Below are positions 17,752-26,100 of a stretch of 54,151 nucleotides of DNA, piece after piece; position 1 is the first letter of the stretch, and every line of letters begins with the position of its first letter. This DNA is from a virus (taxonomy: Duplodnaviria; Caudoviricetes): positions 1 through 54,151 of the IMG/VR virus record IMGVR_UViG_3300044960_000107; one strand, given 5' to 3'. Position numbers and translations under genes: made by a program. The notes beneath the pieces were generated by a model. It saw only the letters and a list, made by a program, of their open reading frames with translations. It was not told the DNA's origin and did no database searches.

Positions 17752-19446
17752 TCAGGCCATCGGGATGAACTGCGGGACGGCGACGCGCGCATTCGCCTCG
17801 AGCCTGGCGACGCCCATGACGAGCGCGATGGCGAGATCGACGGGCTTGGTGACGTCCTTCTTGGTGAGGCGGAAGCCGCGGCCGGTGTCCTTGGCGACTG
17901 CGGAACGGATATGGGCGCGCAGGACAGGGTCCCCATCGTGAGCAATGACCTGATCGACGATCGCATTGCGGGCCGCCTCGGTAGCTGGGCACATACGGCT
18001 GTCCTGCTGGGGGAACTCGACGACGACCATTCCCTCGGCCTCGAAATCCTGCGCGGACCGCTCAAAGCGCCAGGGGTCGTAGCCGAACTCGAGCATGCGT
18101 CGGTACTTGCGCCGCTCGTTTCGGACGTCGTTTTCGACGAGGGCGAACTCGACCTTCTCGTCGATGAGCACGTGAGCGGGCGGGGGCGGCTTGTTCGGGT
18201 CGATCGGGCGGACACCCCAGGAGTTCGCCTTCACCACGTAACGGTCACGGCCGTCTATTTGTTGACGAGCGATGGTGATGCGCCCGGCGGTGTCGCGCTT
18301 GAGTCCCATGTCGACGGTGATGACGACCTCGGCCTCGGGGTCGATCTCGACGCCAGGGACCGCGCAGGCGTCCCAGGCGGTGATCGGAAGCCATGACTCC
18401 TCGGCCTCAGTCCAGGCGTTTAGCCGGCGGCGGCGGAAGACGAAGACAGGAAAGCGCTCGAAGTCACGGATGATCGTCTCGGCGCCGATCCAGCTCGCTT
18501 CGTTGACCTGTTTGGCGAGCTCAATCGCGCGGGAGTCAAGCGGCTTCTTGTCGATGACGTGGTCGGCGAGCTTCTCGAGGACGAACTCCTCGTCCTTATC
18601 GTCGAGCTCGGGCACGTAGGCGTAGAGGTCCCTGCGGGCCCCGGGGTCTCCAGCGATGACTCTGACTGCTTGCTGGTAGAGCTCGCCGCAGATGGTGTCC
18701 TCGTTGACGCCTGCGTTGGTGATGTTCAGGGTGAAGGGTTGCTCGCGGGCAACGTCACCGGAGGTGAGGACGTCGTAGAGGTCGCGCTTCGGGTGCCGGT
18801 GGAGTTCGTCGATGATGTTCGCGTGCGGGTTGAGCCCTTCGTGGACGCCGGCGTCTGCGGAGAGGACGCGGTAGACGCTGTTCGTTCGCTCGACGACGAT
18901 GGCGTCTCGCAAGACGCGGACGAAGTCAAGTAGCCGCGGTGAGGCGTTGACGGTCTCCCGGGCTTGGTTGAAGACGATCCGGGCCTGGTCCTTTGCGCTC
19001 GCGGCCGAGTAGACCTCGGCGCCCTCCTCGCCGTCGGCGCAGAGAAAGTAGAGCGCGTGCGCGGAGGCGCCGGTCGACTTGCCGGTCTTCTTGGTGAGCT
19101 GGATGTACGCCTCGCGATAGAGGCGGACGCCTGGCTCAGGATCAAGACGCTTGTACTCGCCGGCGAGTCGCTCGTAGAACAGGGCGGGGTCTCGGGCGCA
19201 GGTCTCGAGGTCGTCCTCGTCGAGCTCGATCCAGTAGTCAGAGTCAGTGCGCAGCATCTCCGACTCGATACGGAGCTGCCACGGTTCAAGGTAGAGCGGC
19301 CGCTTTGCCCAGCGGCCTTTCGTCTGGACGATGTATTCGGCGGCGAACAGCGCGAAGTGGGCGCCGCCCGCGGAGAGCATGAGCGCTGGCTCGAGGTCGC
19401 CGGAGCGTGTGCGGGGAACGCCACGGCGGCATGTGAGCGAGCTCAC
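17752..19446 (-). CDS. terL: terminase large subunit
   Basis: KKTGKST Walker A, GAEVYSAA, IIDELH Walker B, VDMG, YDPW, VDLAIA. Confidence 0.95.
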   Translation of the reverse strand: MSSLTCRRGVPRTRSGDLEPALMLSAGGAHFALFAAEYIVQTKGRWAKRPLYLEPWQLRIESEMLRTDSDYWIELDEDDLETCARDPALFYERLAGEYKRLDPEPGVRLYREAYIQLTKKTGKSTGASAHALYFLCADGEEGAEVYSAASAKDQARIVFNQARETVNASPRLLDFVRVLRDAIVVERTNSVYRVLSADAGVHEGLNPHANIIDELHRHPKRDLYDVLTSGDVAREQPFTLNITNAGVNEDTICGELYQQAVRVIAGDPGARRDLYAYVPELDDKDEEFVLEKLADHVIDKKPLDSRAIELAKQVNEASWIGAETIIRDFERFPVFVFRRRRLNAWTEAEESWLPITAWDACAVPGVEIDPEAEVVITVDMGLKRDTAGRITIARQQIDGRDRYVVKANSWGVRPIDPNKPPPPAHVLIDEKVEFALVENDVRNERRKYRRMLEFGYDPWRFERSAQDFEAEGMVVVEFPQQDSRMCPATEAARNAIVDQVIAHDGDPVLRAHIRSAVAKDTGRGFRLTKKDVTKPVDLAIALVMGVARLEANARVAVPQFIPMA

Positions 19447-19943
19447 GTTGCGTCATCGGCGCCAGTGCGCCGCGGGCTCCTTCCGATTCGATCCTGGAGC
19501 TCCTCCTGCATCTTGCGGCCTTCGAGCATGGCGAGGCCGATGCGCGCCCGGGCGACCGGCGTGAGAGCGTAGTGCTCGGCGAAGCGCAGGAACAGGGCGT
19601 GGGCGTTTCTCTCGATCGCAAGCGCGGGGTGCTCGACGATCTGTCCCATCGAGCCGAGGGCGAACATCCCCTCTTGGGCGAGGACACGCCGGGCCTTCTC
19701 GGCTCGCGCCCACTGGGTGCAGAGCGCGATCAGAGCCGGGTAGTCGATGCGGTCGACGAGGTTGACGCGCTCAAGCTCGGCGACGATCGTGTCCCAGAGC
19801 CGATGCCCCTCGGGAGGCACGTCGTCGGGAGGCGCTGGAAGCGAGCCGCGGCCGGCGACGATCACCGGTTCGGGCAGCGGGCGCCGACCGGGGTTGCCCT
19901 CGAGCTTCTTCTGCTCAGTCGGCTTCGGCGGGCGGCCCTTCAT
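19443..19943 (-). CDS. terS: terminase small subunit, P27 family
   Basis: MKGRPPKPT...LEGNPGRRPL; HPAL; LTPVARARI. Confidence 0.93.
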   Translation of the reverse strand: MKGRPPKPTEQKKLEGNPGRRPLPEPVIVAGRGSLPAPPDDVPPEGHRLWDTIVAELERVNLVDRIDYPALIALCTQWARAEKARRVLAQEGMFALGSMGQIVEHPALAIERNAHALFLRFAEHYALTPVARARIGLAMLEGRKMQEELQDRIGRSPRRTGADDAT

Positions 19944-20133
19944 CTCTGGTGAGCTCCCTGAGTCGCTGGTACTGGGCGAGGTTCTCGAGCGCGACCTCGA
20001 GTTTGGCAACGGCGTTCAGGTCGTTGGGCCTGACGCGCTCGCCGTTGCTGATCGCGCGCGCGATGTTCGCCTTGGCGGCGCGCAGGAGCTTCTGCGTCTC
20101 GTCGAGGCGCTTCTTCAGCTCGTCGTCGCTCAT
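19915..20133 (-). CDS. hypothetical protein
   Basis: MSDDELKKRLDETQKLL..., 72 aa. Confidence 0.6.
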   Translation of the reverse strand: MSDDELKKRLDETQKLLRAAKANIARAISNGERVRPNDLNAVAKLEVALENLAQYQRLRELTRDEGPPAEAD

Positions 20134-20149
20134 GCCCTGCCCTTCGGCG

Positions 20150-20191
20150 CATAGACGCTCAGCGCGCACATGCGCGGGTTGGGCACCTATG
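20150..20191. repeat. 42-bp dyad site, copy 3
   Basis: CATAGACGCTC-N20-GGGCACCTATG; includes stop codon of ATPase-GNAT gene. Confidence 0.9.
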
Positions 20192-21371
20192 CGTCGTCGG
20201 CCTTCGGCGGTCGATAGCGGAACGATGTGACGGCGGCGCGGCGCAGGTCGACGAGCGTGCCGTCGGCGAGGGTGCGCTTGCTGCCCTTCGTTGGCATCCA
20301 CTTCTGGGTCGTGCCCTTCTTACGCCGACGCGCCGCGGTCTGCTGACCGTAGGTGCCCTTCTTGCCCCAGGTCATAGTGTTGAAGCCCTGCTTGGTGACC
20401 ATCTCCCAGCGGGGCGAGCGGGCGAGCGCGCGCACGAGCCCAGGGTGCGCTGTGGTGATGTGGGCGCGCTGGCCCTGGTCGGCGAGTGTCTGTCCTGCCC
20501 AGTCGAGCATGACGGTCGCTATGCCGAGGCCCTGATAGTCGGGGAGAACGACGACCCGGTTGATGTAGTAGATGTTCTTCCGGCGCGGGTGCGGGAATCG
20601 GCGCCACGAGAGCCAGGCGACGGGGTCGTCGCCGACGTAGCCGACGTGGCAGTAGGACCCGTTCGGGAGGCTCGAGCTCAGATAGTGGTGCGGAGCAAAG
20701 GTTCGCCAGACTTCGCGCCCGCACGGATAGACCTCGAGGTCAAGGGCTGGTCGTCGTTGAAGACACCTCCAGGTGAACGCGAGTCCGGCCGGCTCGTAAA
20801 TCCAGTCGGGCTGAAGCCAGTCAATGACGTCGTAGTGGCAGGTGACGGCGACGAACTGCTTGTCCGTCTTCCTGATCGCCTTCTGGATCGCGTGCGAGGC
20901 CACCTTGGCGACCTGACGGTCAACGACGCTCGTGAACTCGTCAATGGCGACGAGGTCTTCGGCCTCGGCGATCGCGCGCGCGACGGTAGCTCTGAACTGC
21001 TCTCCGTTGGAGAGGACATGGTGAGGTCGAACCCAGGCGGGCGGCGATGCGAGCCCAACAGTCGAGAGGAGACTCGTGATCGTCTTCGTGTCGAGCTCCT
21101 CCGGGAAGGCGTCGATGATCCCTTTGTCGGTCGGCCAGTCGAAACGTTCGATGAGGCGATCGCCGAAGACCTCGCGCGCGATGGTGCTCTTGCCGCAGCC
21201 GGAAGGGCCGACGATCAGACCGACCTGCCAGGGGCATTCGTCGAGCGGCATTTCGACGTCCCAGGTGAGCTTCGACTGCTCGGAGGGGGGAACGTCGAAC
21301 ATCGACTCGACCTGGATCACGCGCGGGGTGCGCGCGATAGTCGAGATGCGCTCTACATGAACGCTCGGCAC
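20187..21371 (-). CDS. ABC-type ATPase fused to GNAT acetyltransferase (putative DNA modification)
   Basis: GPSGCGKST, LSNGEQFR, IDEFTS; then HHYL and RVVVLPDYQGLGIA acetyl-CoA motif. Confidence 0.88.
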   Translation of the reverse strand: MPSVHVERISTIARTPRVIQVESMFDVPPSEQSKLTWDVEMPLDECPWQVGLIVGPSGCGKSTIAREVFGDRLIERFDWPTDKGIIDAFPEELDTKTITSLLSTVGLASPPAWVRPHHVLSNGEQFRATVARAIAEAEDLVAIDEFTSVVDRQVAKVASHAIQKAIRKTDKQFVAVTCHYDVIDWLQPDWIYEPAGLAFTWRCLQRRPALDLEVYPCGREVWRTFAPHHYLSSSLPNGSYCHVGYVGDDPVAWLSWRRFPHPRRKNIYYINRVVVLPDYQGLGIATVMLDWAGQTLADQGQRAHITTAHPGLVRALARSPRWEMVTKQGFNTMTWGKKGTYGQQTAARRRKKGTTQKWMPTKGSKRTLADGTLVDLRRAAVTSFRYRPPKADDA

Positions 21372-21937
21372 TCGTAGCCGTCCTCGGTCAGGCGCTCGAG
21401 CAGTTCGCGCTGCTCGACCTCGCTGGTGCATTCGACGAGCACGCCGAAGAAACCGGCGACCTCGTCCTCGTCGGCATCCCCCTCGTCGGGCGGGGCAAAC
21501 TCGGCGAGCAGCTTGTTGACCTCCGTCTCGGCGAGCCCGGTCAGGTCGAGGTCGCGACCGGCATCCTGGAGCTCGCGCAGGAGCTCGCTCAGCTCATCGC
21601 GCTCCCACTCGCCGAATGGGGCGTTGTCTCGGATCGCCCACTCAATCGCCTCCTCGTCCGTCATGCCCTCGGGGACGTAGAAGGTCGGAATCGTCTCCCA
21701 CTCGAGCTCGCGAGCGGCGCGTAGGCGCATGTTGCCGGCGATCACGGTGCCGTCCGATCGGGCGATGATCGGCCGCGCGCGCAGCATCTCCGGGACCTGT
21801 TCGATCGAGCGCATGAGCCGATCTAGCGCGTCCTTGCTGATGGTGCGAGGATTGCGCTCCCACTCGTGAAGGTCGCCGATCTTGGCGTCAACGACCTTCA
21901 GCGAGCGGGAGGATGCGGTCTTAGGAGCTGCTGCCAT
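21353..21937 (-). CDS. ParB/Srx-like protein of DNA-modification type
   Basis: NPRTI, RPII, VIAGNMRLRAA, IRDN...GEW. Confidence 0.85.
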   Translation of the reverse strand: MAAAPKTASSRSLKVVDAKIGDLHEWERNPRTISKDALDRLMRSIEQVPEMLRARPIIARSDGTVIAGNMRLRAARELEWETIPTFYVPEGMTDEEAIEWAIRDNAPFGEWERDELSELLRELQDAGRDLDLTGLAETEVNKLLAEFAPPDEGDADEDEVAGFFGVLVECTSEVEQRELLERLTEDGYECRAFM

Positions 21938-22340
21938 TGAGTGCGCGGTGGATGCGTCCCTGTATGTCGGACGGGACGTCCCAGAGCTGCCGCGCACCGG
22001 CGCAGGGGATTGGTTCGGGGAGCTCGAGCCGCTTGCCGAGCTGCCAGGCGAAGCGCCCCTTGCGGAAGTCGCCGAGGATGTTCTCGGGCCAGTCGAGCTG
22101 GACATCGTGTGTCCAGTGGACGTCGATCAGCTCGGCAATGCCGATGATCGCGCCAAGGGGGAGCGAGTTGAAGTCGAGGCCGAGCTGTTCGCAGATGTCG
22201 CGGCCTTCCTGCGTGACGCGCTTCCCGGCGTGGATCGCGAGCTTGCCGCGGTAGGTAGTCGACCAGCCTCGCGTCTCGTACTGCTTCATGCCGCGGACGA
22301 GCAGCGTCGCCCACGGCTGGTAGACAGTGAGTGCCTGCAT
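21921..22340 (-). CDS. ASCH domain protein
   Basis: ALTVYQPWA...GMKQYETRGW...GKLAIHAG...GAIIG. Confidence 0.9.
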   Translation of the reverse strand: MQALTVYQPWATLLVRGMKQYETRGWSTTYRGKLAIHAGKRVTQEGRDICEQLGLDFNSLPLGAIIGIAELIDVHWTHDVQLDWPENILGDFRKGRFAWQLGKRLELPEPIPCAGARQLWDVPSDIQGRIHRALNGSSS

Positions 22341-22579
22341 CAGTTGACCCGCTCCACTTCGATGTCGAACGGGCCCGTCCACTCGCGCACCCACTCTGGG
22401 GCCGCGGGATCGTTCCGCAGCTCATCGCTCTCGTAGGTGCAGGACTTGTTCCAGCCTGCGGGCAGAGACGCGATCAGCTCGGGCGTCACCTCCCAGGTCG
22501 TCGGCCCCTGCGGGTCGACTTCGATGGCATAGTCGTTCACCCACGCCTGCGGGTGAAACGTGGCGCGATACGTGGGCAC
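22340..22579 (-). CDS. hypothetical phage protein
   Basis: GTG after GGAGG; FHPQAWVNDYAIEVDP...APEWVREWTGPF. Confidence 0.75.
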   Translation of the reverse strand: MPTYRATFHPQAWVNDYAIEVDPQGPTTWEVTPELIASLPAGWNKSCTYESDELRNDPAAPEWVREWTGPFDIEVERVN

Positions 22580-22601
22580 GTTACCTCCTTCGATTCGTTC
22601 G

Positions 22602-23129
22602 TCATGCGGCCTGGGACGTCGCGCTAGGTGCCGCCTGGCGCGACCGTCGCGCGCGGACGCGGTCGCGCGATCGCTTCCAGGCCGCCTCCCTGCACGGGCG
22701 GCAGCGGCGGCGCCCGTCACGATCGACCATCACGTTGTCGCCAGCGAGTAGGTGCCCGCGGCGGCAGGTGTTCGGCCCGCGCGCGGCCTCGAGGGCGAGG
22801 CTCCAGCGGCCGAAGTGACGGAGGATCGTGCGCGTCGACGGGAGCGCCTTCGAGCGTCTCCAGCTCTGGTAGGTCGGCCAGTGCCCATGCTCGTCCCTCC
22901 AGACGATGATCGCCTCGACGATCGACTCGCGCGTCCAGGCTCGGCCCGGGTCGGGGCGCAGCTCCTCGAGCTTGACGACGAACGAGTCGGGCTTGGAGTG
23001 TCGTCGTGCGATCAGCCGCTCGATCTCCCGTTCGGCCCGCTCGGTGCGAGCCATGCAGTCGCGCACGATGCGGTCGCGCTCGCTTCGGATGAAGTCGCGC
23101 AGCTCAGCCGTGACACGAGGTCGCAGCAT
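22602..23129 (-). CDS. homing-endonuclease-associated repeat plus Cys/His DNA-binding domain protein
   Basis: WTRESIVEAI...LPSTRTILRHFGRWSLALEAA; CRRGH...RCRPC. Confidence 0.65.
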   Translation of the reverse strand: MLRPRVTAELRDFIRSERDRIVRDCMARTERAEREIERLIARRHSKPDSFVVKLEELRPDPGRAWTRESIVEAIIVWRDEHGHWPTYQSWRRSKALPSTRTILRHFGRWSLALEAARGPNTCRRGHLLAGDNVMVDRDGRRRCRPCREAAWKRSRDRVRARRSRQAAPSATSQAA

Positions 23130-23284
23130 CAGGAGACGATCTCCTCCTCGGGCACCCAGACCCATGCGGCCACCCAGGCGCCCTCCTCTGCGAGCGAAAC
23201 AACGGCGTCCTCGTCGATCTGGAGGTCGTCGTTCACCCAGCGAGCGCGTGCGGCTTCGCGAATCTCGAGCTTGCGATCGTCCAT
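23129..23284 (-). CDS. hypothetical protein
   Basis: MDDRKLEIREAAR...GAWVAAWVWVP; GGAGGAG SD; below ORF-track size. Confidence 0.7.
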   Translation of the reverse strand: MDDRKLEIREAARARWVNDDLQIDEDAVVSLAEEGAWVAAWVWVPEEEIVS

Positions 23285-23427
23285 TACTTCTCCTCCTCCG
23301 GGTCAAGGTGCAGGTAGGCGTAGATCGCGGCCAGGGCGCCTGGGATCGCCCAGACGCCCTCGCCGGTCTTGAGTGCGATCACGAGGCAGAGCAGCCAGGT
23401 GCCCCAGCCGAATGCCTGGACGATCAT
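23284..23427 (-). CDS. small membrane protein
   Basis: MIVQAFGWGTWLLCLVIALK...; coupled start/stop overlaps. Confidence 0.6.
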   Translation of the reverse strand: MIVQAFGWGTWLLCLVIALKTGEGVWAIPGALAAIYAYLHLDPEEEK

Positions 23428-23663
23428 CGGAGGATCGCTACCGCGAGCTCGAGGGAGCAGCCGGACCGGATGAAGCGATCGGCGTCGTGCCAGTCGATCG
23501 TCGTGCCGGCGAGCTCCTCGGCGAGCTCGAGGTCGTAGCCGAGGCGGACGAACTGCTCGGCGCGCCAGGCGCGCACGCGCTCGTCCTCGTTGCGAGGCTC
23601 GGTGACGAGCGTCTCGACCATCGCCTGCTCATCGGGCTGTAGAGTGGTGGTGTCGTCAGTCAT
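23424..23663 (-). CDS. hypothetical protein
   Basis: 79 aa; GGAGG SD. Confidence 0.75.
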   Translation of the reverse strand: MTDDTTTLQPDEQAMVETLVTEPRNEDERVRAWRAEQFVRLGYDLELAEELAGTTIDWHDADRFIRSGCSLELAVAILR

Positions 23664-23686
23664 CGGGCTACCTCCGGTGGCTGGTG

Positions 23687-23714
23687 GAGAGGGGGCGCGG
23701 GATCGCCCCCTCTC
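23687..23714. terminator. terminator-like hairpin
   Basis: GAGAGGGGGCG/CGCCCCCTCTC 11-bp stem after 23729..23878. Confidence 0.6.
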
Positions 23715-23728
23715 GCGTGCTTCAGGGG

Positions 23729-23878
23729 CTAGGCCGGGACCTTCTCCGGCTCGCGCTCGCGCTCGCGCTCGGGCGCGGGCGTCTCGCGGGGCTCGGGTGC
23801 CGGGGTGGGAACCTCGCGGTGGAAGGGGTCCTCGACCGGTTCGTAGATGCGTGCGGGCTGCTCCTTGCCAATGTCCAT
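23729..23878 (-). CDS. small Pro/Glu-rich peptide
   Basis: MDIGKEQPARIYEPVEDPF...EREREREPEKVPA; AAGGAG SD; not in ORF track. Confidence 0.7.
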   Translation of the reverse strand: MDIGKEQPARIYEPVEDPFHREVPTPAPEPRETPAPEREREREPEKVPA

Positions 23879-23889
23879 GACGTCTCCTT

Positions 23890-24489
23890 TCAAGCGTTGT
23901 GCTCGCGAGCGCGGCGCAGCGCGAGCGGGTCGACGGCGAGCGCGCTGCCCTCGGCGTCCCAGGTGTTGCGGAGCGCGATGTCGCAGCGGTAGAGGCGCTT
24001 GAGCGCGTCGCCTAGATTCCAGAATTCATAGGGAAGGTGGAGGCGGACGATGCGGCCCTTCTGGGCTCGCCACCCCTGGGTGCCCTCGATCACCTTGCCC
24101 GCGAGCCCAACCTCACCGATGATCCGGGGGGCGTGCTCGTTGTACTCGGCATAGCCGAGGTTCACGAGCTGCTCGCTCGTCTTCGCGGCGTAGAGCCCGC
24201 AGGTGCAGACCTCACCGGGCACGTTGTCGCCGCACCCACGCGGACAGGTCGCATAGGTCCAGTCGGTCGGCATCCAGAGCGTCTCGGTGTGCGTGACCGA
24301 GCCGAGGAGCGGGCGCCTCGAGGGGCCGACCACCCTCCAGGCGCGCCAGGCGATCACCTCGCCGAGCACGTCTGGCGTGCGATCGGCGGCCGGTGCCGGC
24401 GCCTGCTCGATGCGCGTCCCGCAGAAGGGGCAGAACGCGGCCTCGGGCAGCGTCGGGGCCTGGCAGTTGGGGCATGTCGCGTGCGTCAA
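23890..24489 (-). CDS. zinc-ribbon plus conserved phage domain protein
   Basis: CPNC..CPFC; AWRAWRV, CTCGLYA, GKVIEGTQGWRA; TTG start after AGGAGG. Confidence 0.75.
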   Translation of the reverse strand: MTHATCPNCQAPTLPEAAFCPFCGTRIEQAPAPAADRTPDVLGEVIAWRAWRVVGPSRRPLLGSVTHTETLWMPTDWTYATCPRGCGDNVPGEVCTCGLYAAKTSEQLVNLGYAEYNEHAPRIIGEVGLAGKVIEGTQGWRAQKGRIVRLHLPYEFWNLGDALKRLYRCDIALRNTWDAEGSALAVDPLALRRAREHNA

Positions 24490-24495
24490 GTCGAA

Positions 24496-24554
24496 CCTCC
24501 TGCGTCGATCTACCGTGACACTCAGATAGTCGCAGACCGTCCCATCGGTGTCAA
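24496..24554 (-). promoter_or_regulatory. island promoter P1 with conserved leader
   Basis: TTGACA-17-GACTAT, GTCACGGTAGATCGA, AGGAGG. Confidence 0.8.
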
Positions 24555-24571
24555 GTCGAATGACGCGCGCG

Positions 24572-24613
24572 CATAGGTGCCCACGTCGCGCGCCCTGGCG
24601 GTGAGCGCCTATG
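24572..24613. repeat. 42-bp dyad site, copy 4
   Basis: CATAGGTGCCC-N20-GAGCGCCTATG. Confidence 0.9.
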
Positions 24614-24731
24614 AGTCGATGATTCGATCGCGCCCCCTCGCCGCGGCTCGCTAGGTCGCAGCACGTCGCGCCCCGAACGCAAGCGAACCGCCCATCGGGC
24701 GGCCCGCATGCGTCAGGTAGGGCAGAAGGAG

Positions 24732-25919
24732 CTACTCGATCGCCGCCTCCTCGTCATCCTCCTCGCCCTCGGCGAGGAGGCTCTCGACTTCAGAGAAGAA
24801 CTCGTCGACGGCGTCCTCGTCGAGCTCGACCTCGTCGACCTCGTCGGCGACGGTCTGAATGCCATCCGGGTCGTCCTCCGCGTCGGGCAGCTCAATCAGG
24901 GCGGGGTGGCCCATCGGGAGCTCCCAGTAGATCACGGAGCCCGGGCCAAACTTGCCCTTCGTCGGATCGTCGGGATCGCGGCGCGAGACCTGCACCCCGA
25001 TGTCATCCTTCGCGCGGCGAATCGTCGCCATCGAGAAGCCCGACTGGATCGCGTCCTCGCGGATGTCGGTCATGGGCGCAGCGCCGACCGAGAGGTAGCG
25101 CGTAAGCCACTCGGCGGCGGCGGCGCGCTTCGAGGGATTGCCGTGGACGTTCGCTTCGGTCGGAACGAAGCCGACCACGTCGGCGGCAGTGATCTTCGGC
25201 TCCTCGCCGAGGCAGGTGAGCTTCGCAATCTCGACCAGCGAGCCGTCGTCCGTCTCGATCTCGACCGGCTCAATCTCGAATGCCATGGCGCACTTGCTGT
25301 TGCCGAGGTTAAACTTCGCGGGCGCGAGGATGCGCTCGTCGGTGTAGTTGTCGGGCGAAGGGCCGAACAAGAAGGCCGCGCGCGCTGCGCCGACGACCCC
25401 GCCCGAGGAGCCGCGGATGGCGGCGAGCGGGTGCGCCTTCGCGGAGGCGGACTTGTTCATGTGGTCGACCCCGACCACGGTGCAGCCCGTCCGCGCGAGC
25501 ATCTTCGAGAGTGGGCTCATCGCCTTGCGAGCATCCTGGTCGCTCGTAAGCGAGACCGTGAAGTGCGCGTTGATCGGGTCGAGGATGACCAGGCGGATGT
25601 TCTCGTCGACGATCAGCTTCTCGAGCTCCTCGAGGTCGTTCGGCAGCATCGGCTTCGCGAACAGGACCTTGGTAAGGTCGGCACCTGCCGCCTGGAGGCG
25701 CGGCCTCGTGACCGCCTCCTCGTCATCCTCGTCGTTCGAGAACAGCACCACCCCGCCCATGCGAGTGACCTGAGCGGTGAGGTAAGCGGTGAACAGGGAC
25801 TTGCCCTGCCCGGGTCGGCCGGCGACCAGCGAGAACATGCCGGCCGGGATGCGATCCTCCCAGAGCCAGGTGACCTGGCCCGACTTGATCTGGGAAGCGC
25901 GGCGCGGGTTGAGTGCCAT
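24732..25919 (-). CDS. RecA-fold AAA ATPase (RSF1010 RepA/AAA_25-like)
   Basis: WLWEDRIP, GRPGQGKS, VILDPI, IRGS, AARAA; winged-helix-like and acidic tail. Confidence 0.85.
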   Translation of the reverse strand: MALNPRRASQIKSGQVTWLWEDRIPAGMFSLVAGRPGQGKSLFTAYLTAQVTRMGGVVLFSNDEDDEEAVTRPRLQAAGADLTKVLFAKPMLPNDLEELEKLIVDENIRLVILDPINAHFTVSLTSDQDARKAMSPLSKMLARTGCTVVGVDHMNKSASAKAHPLAAIRGSSGGVVGAARAAFLFGPSPDNYTDERILAPAKFNLGNSKCAMAFEIEPVEIETDDGSLVEIAKLTCLGEEPKITAADVVGFVPTEANVHGNPSKRAAAAEWLTRYLSVGAAPMTDIREDAIQSGFSMATIRRAKDDIGVQVSRRDPDDPTKGKFGPGSVIYWELPMGHPALIELPDAEDDPDGIQTVADEVDEVELDEDAVDEFFSEVESLLAEGEEDDEEAAIE

Positions 25920-25928
25920 TTCGTCGTA

Positions 25929-25988
25929 CCTCCTGCGGTCGATCTACCGTGACACTCGAAGTGTCTCAGACCGTCCCATCGGTGTCAA
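25929..25988 (-). promoter_or_regulatory. island promoter P2 with conserved leader
   Basis: TTGACA-17-GACACT, GTCACGGTAGATCGA, AGGAGG. Confidence 0.8.
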
Positions 25989-26000
25989 GTCGGATGACGG

Positions 26001-26042
26001 CATAGGTGAGCAGATTGAGTCACGCCGCGGAGGGCATCTATG
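26001..26042. repeat. 42-bp dyad site, copy 5
   Basis: CATAGGTGAGC-N20-GGGCATCTATG. Confidence 0.85.
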
Positions 26043-26045
26043 GCA

Positions 26046-26077
26046 CGTGAAGGGCCCCCTGCGCGGGGACCCTCACG
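26046..26077. terminator. imperfect hairpin after the 26.1-29.6 kb operon
   Basis: CGTGAaGGGcCCCC/GGGGaCCCTCACG. Confidence 0.4.
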
Positions 26078-26100
26078 CGGTCGAGGGTTCGGTGCGCTCC

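Noticed and set aside
17486-17992. ORFs spanning the terL-portal gap
   Set aside because: The region is explained by three structured RNAs
21353-21937. Plasmid partition system
   Set aside because: No ParA; only the N-terminal ParB/Srx domain, linked to a modifier gene
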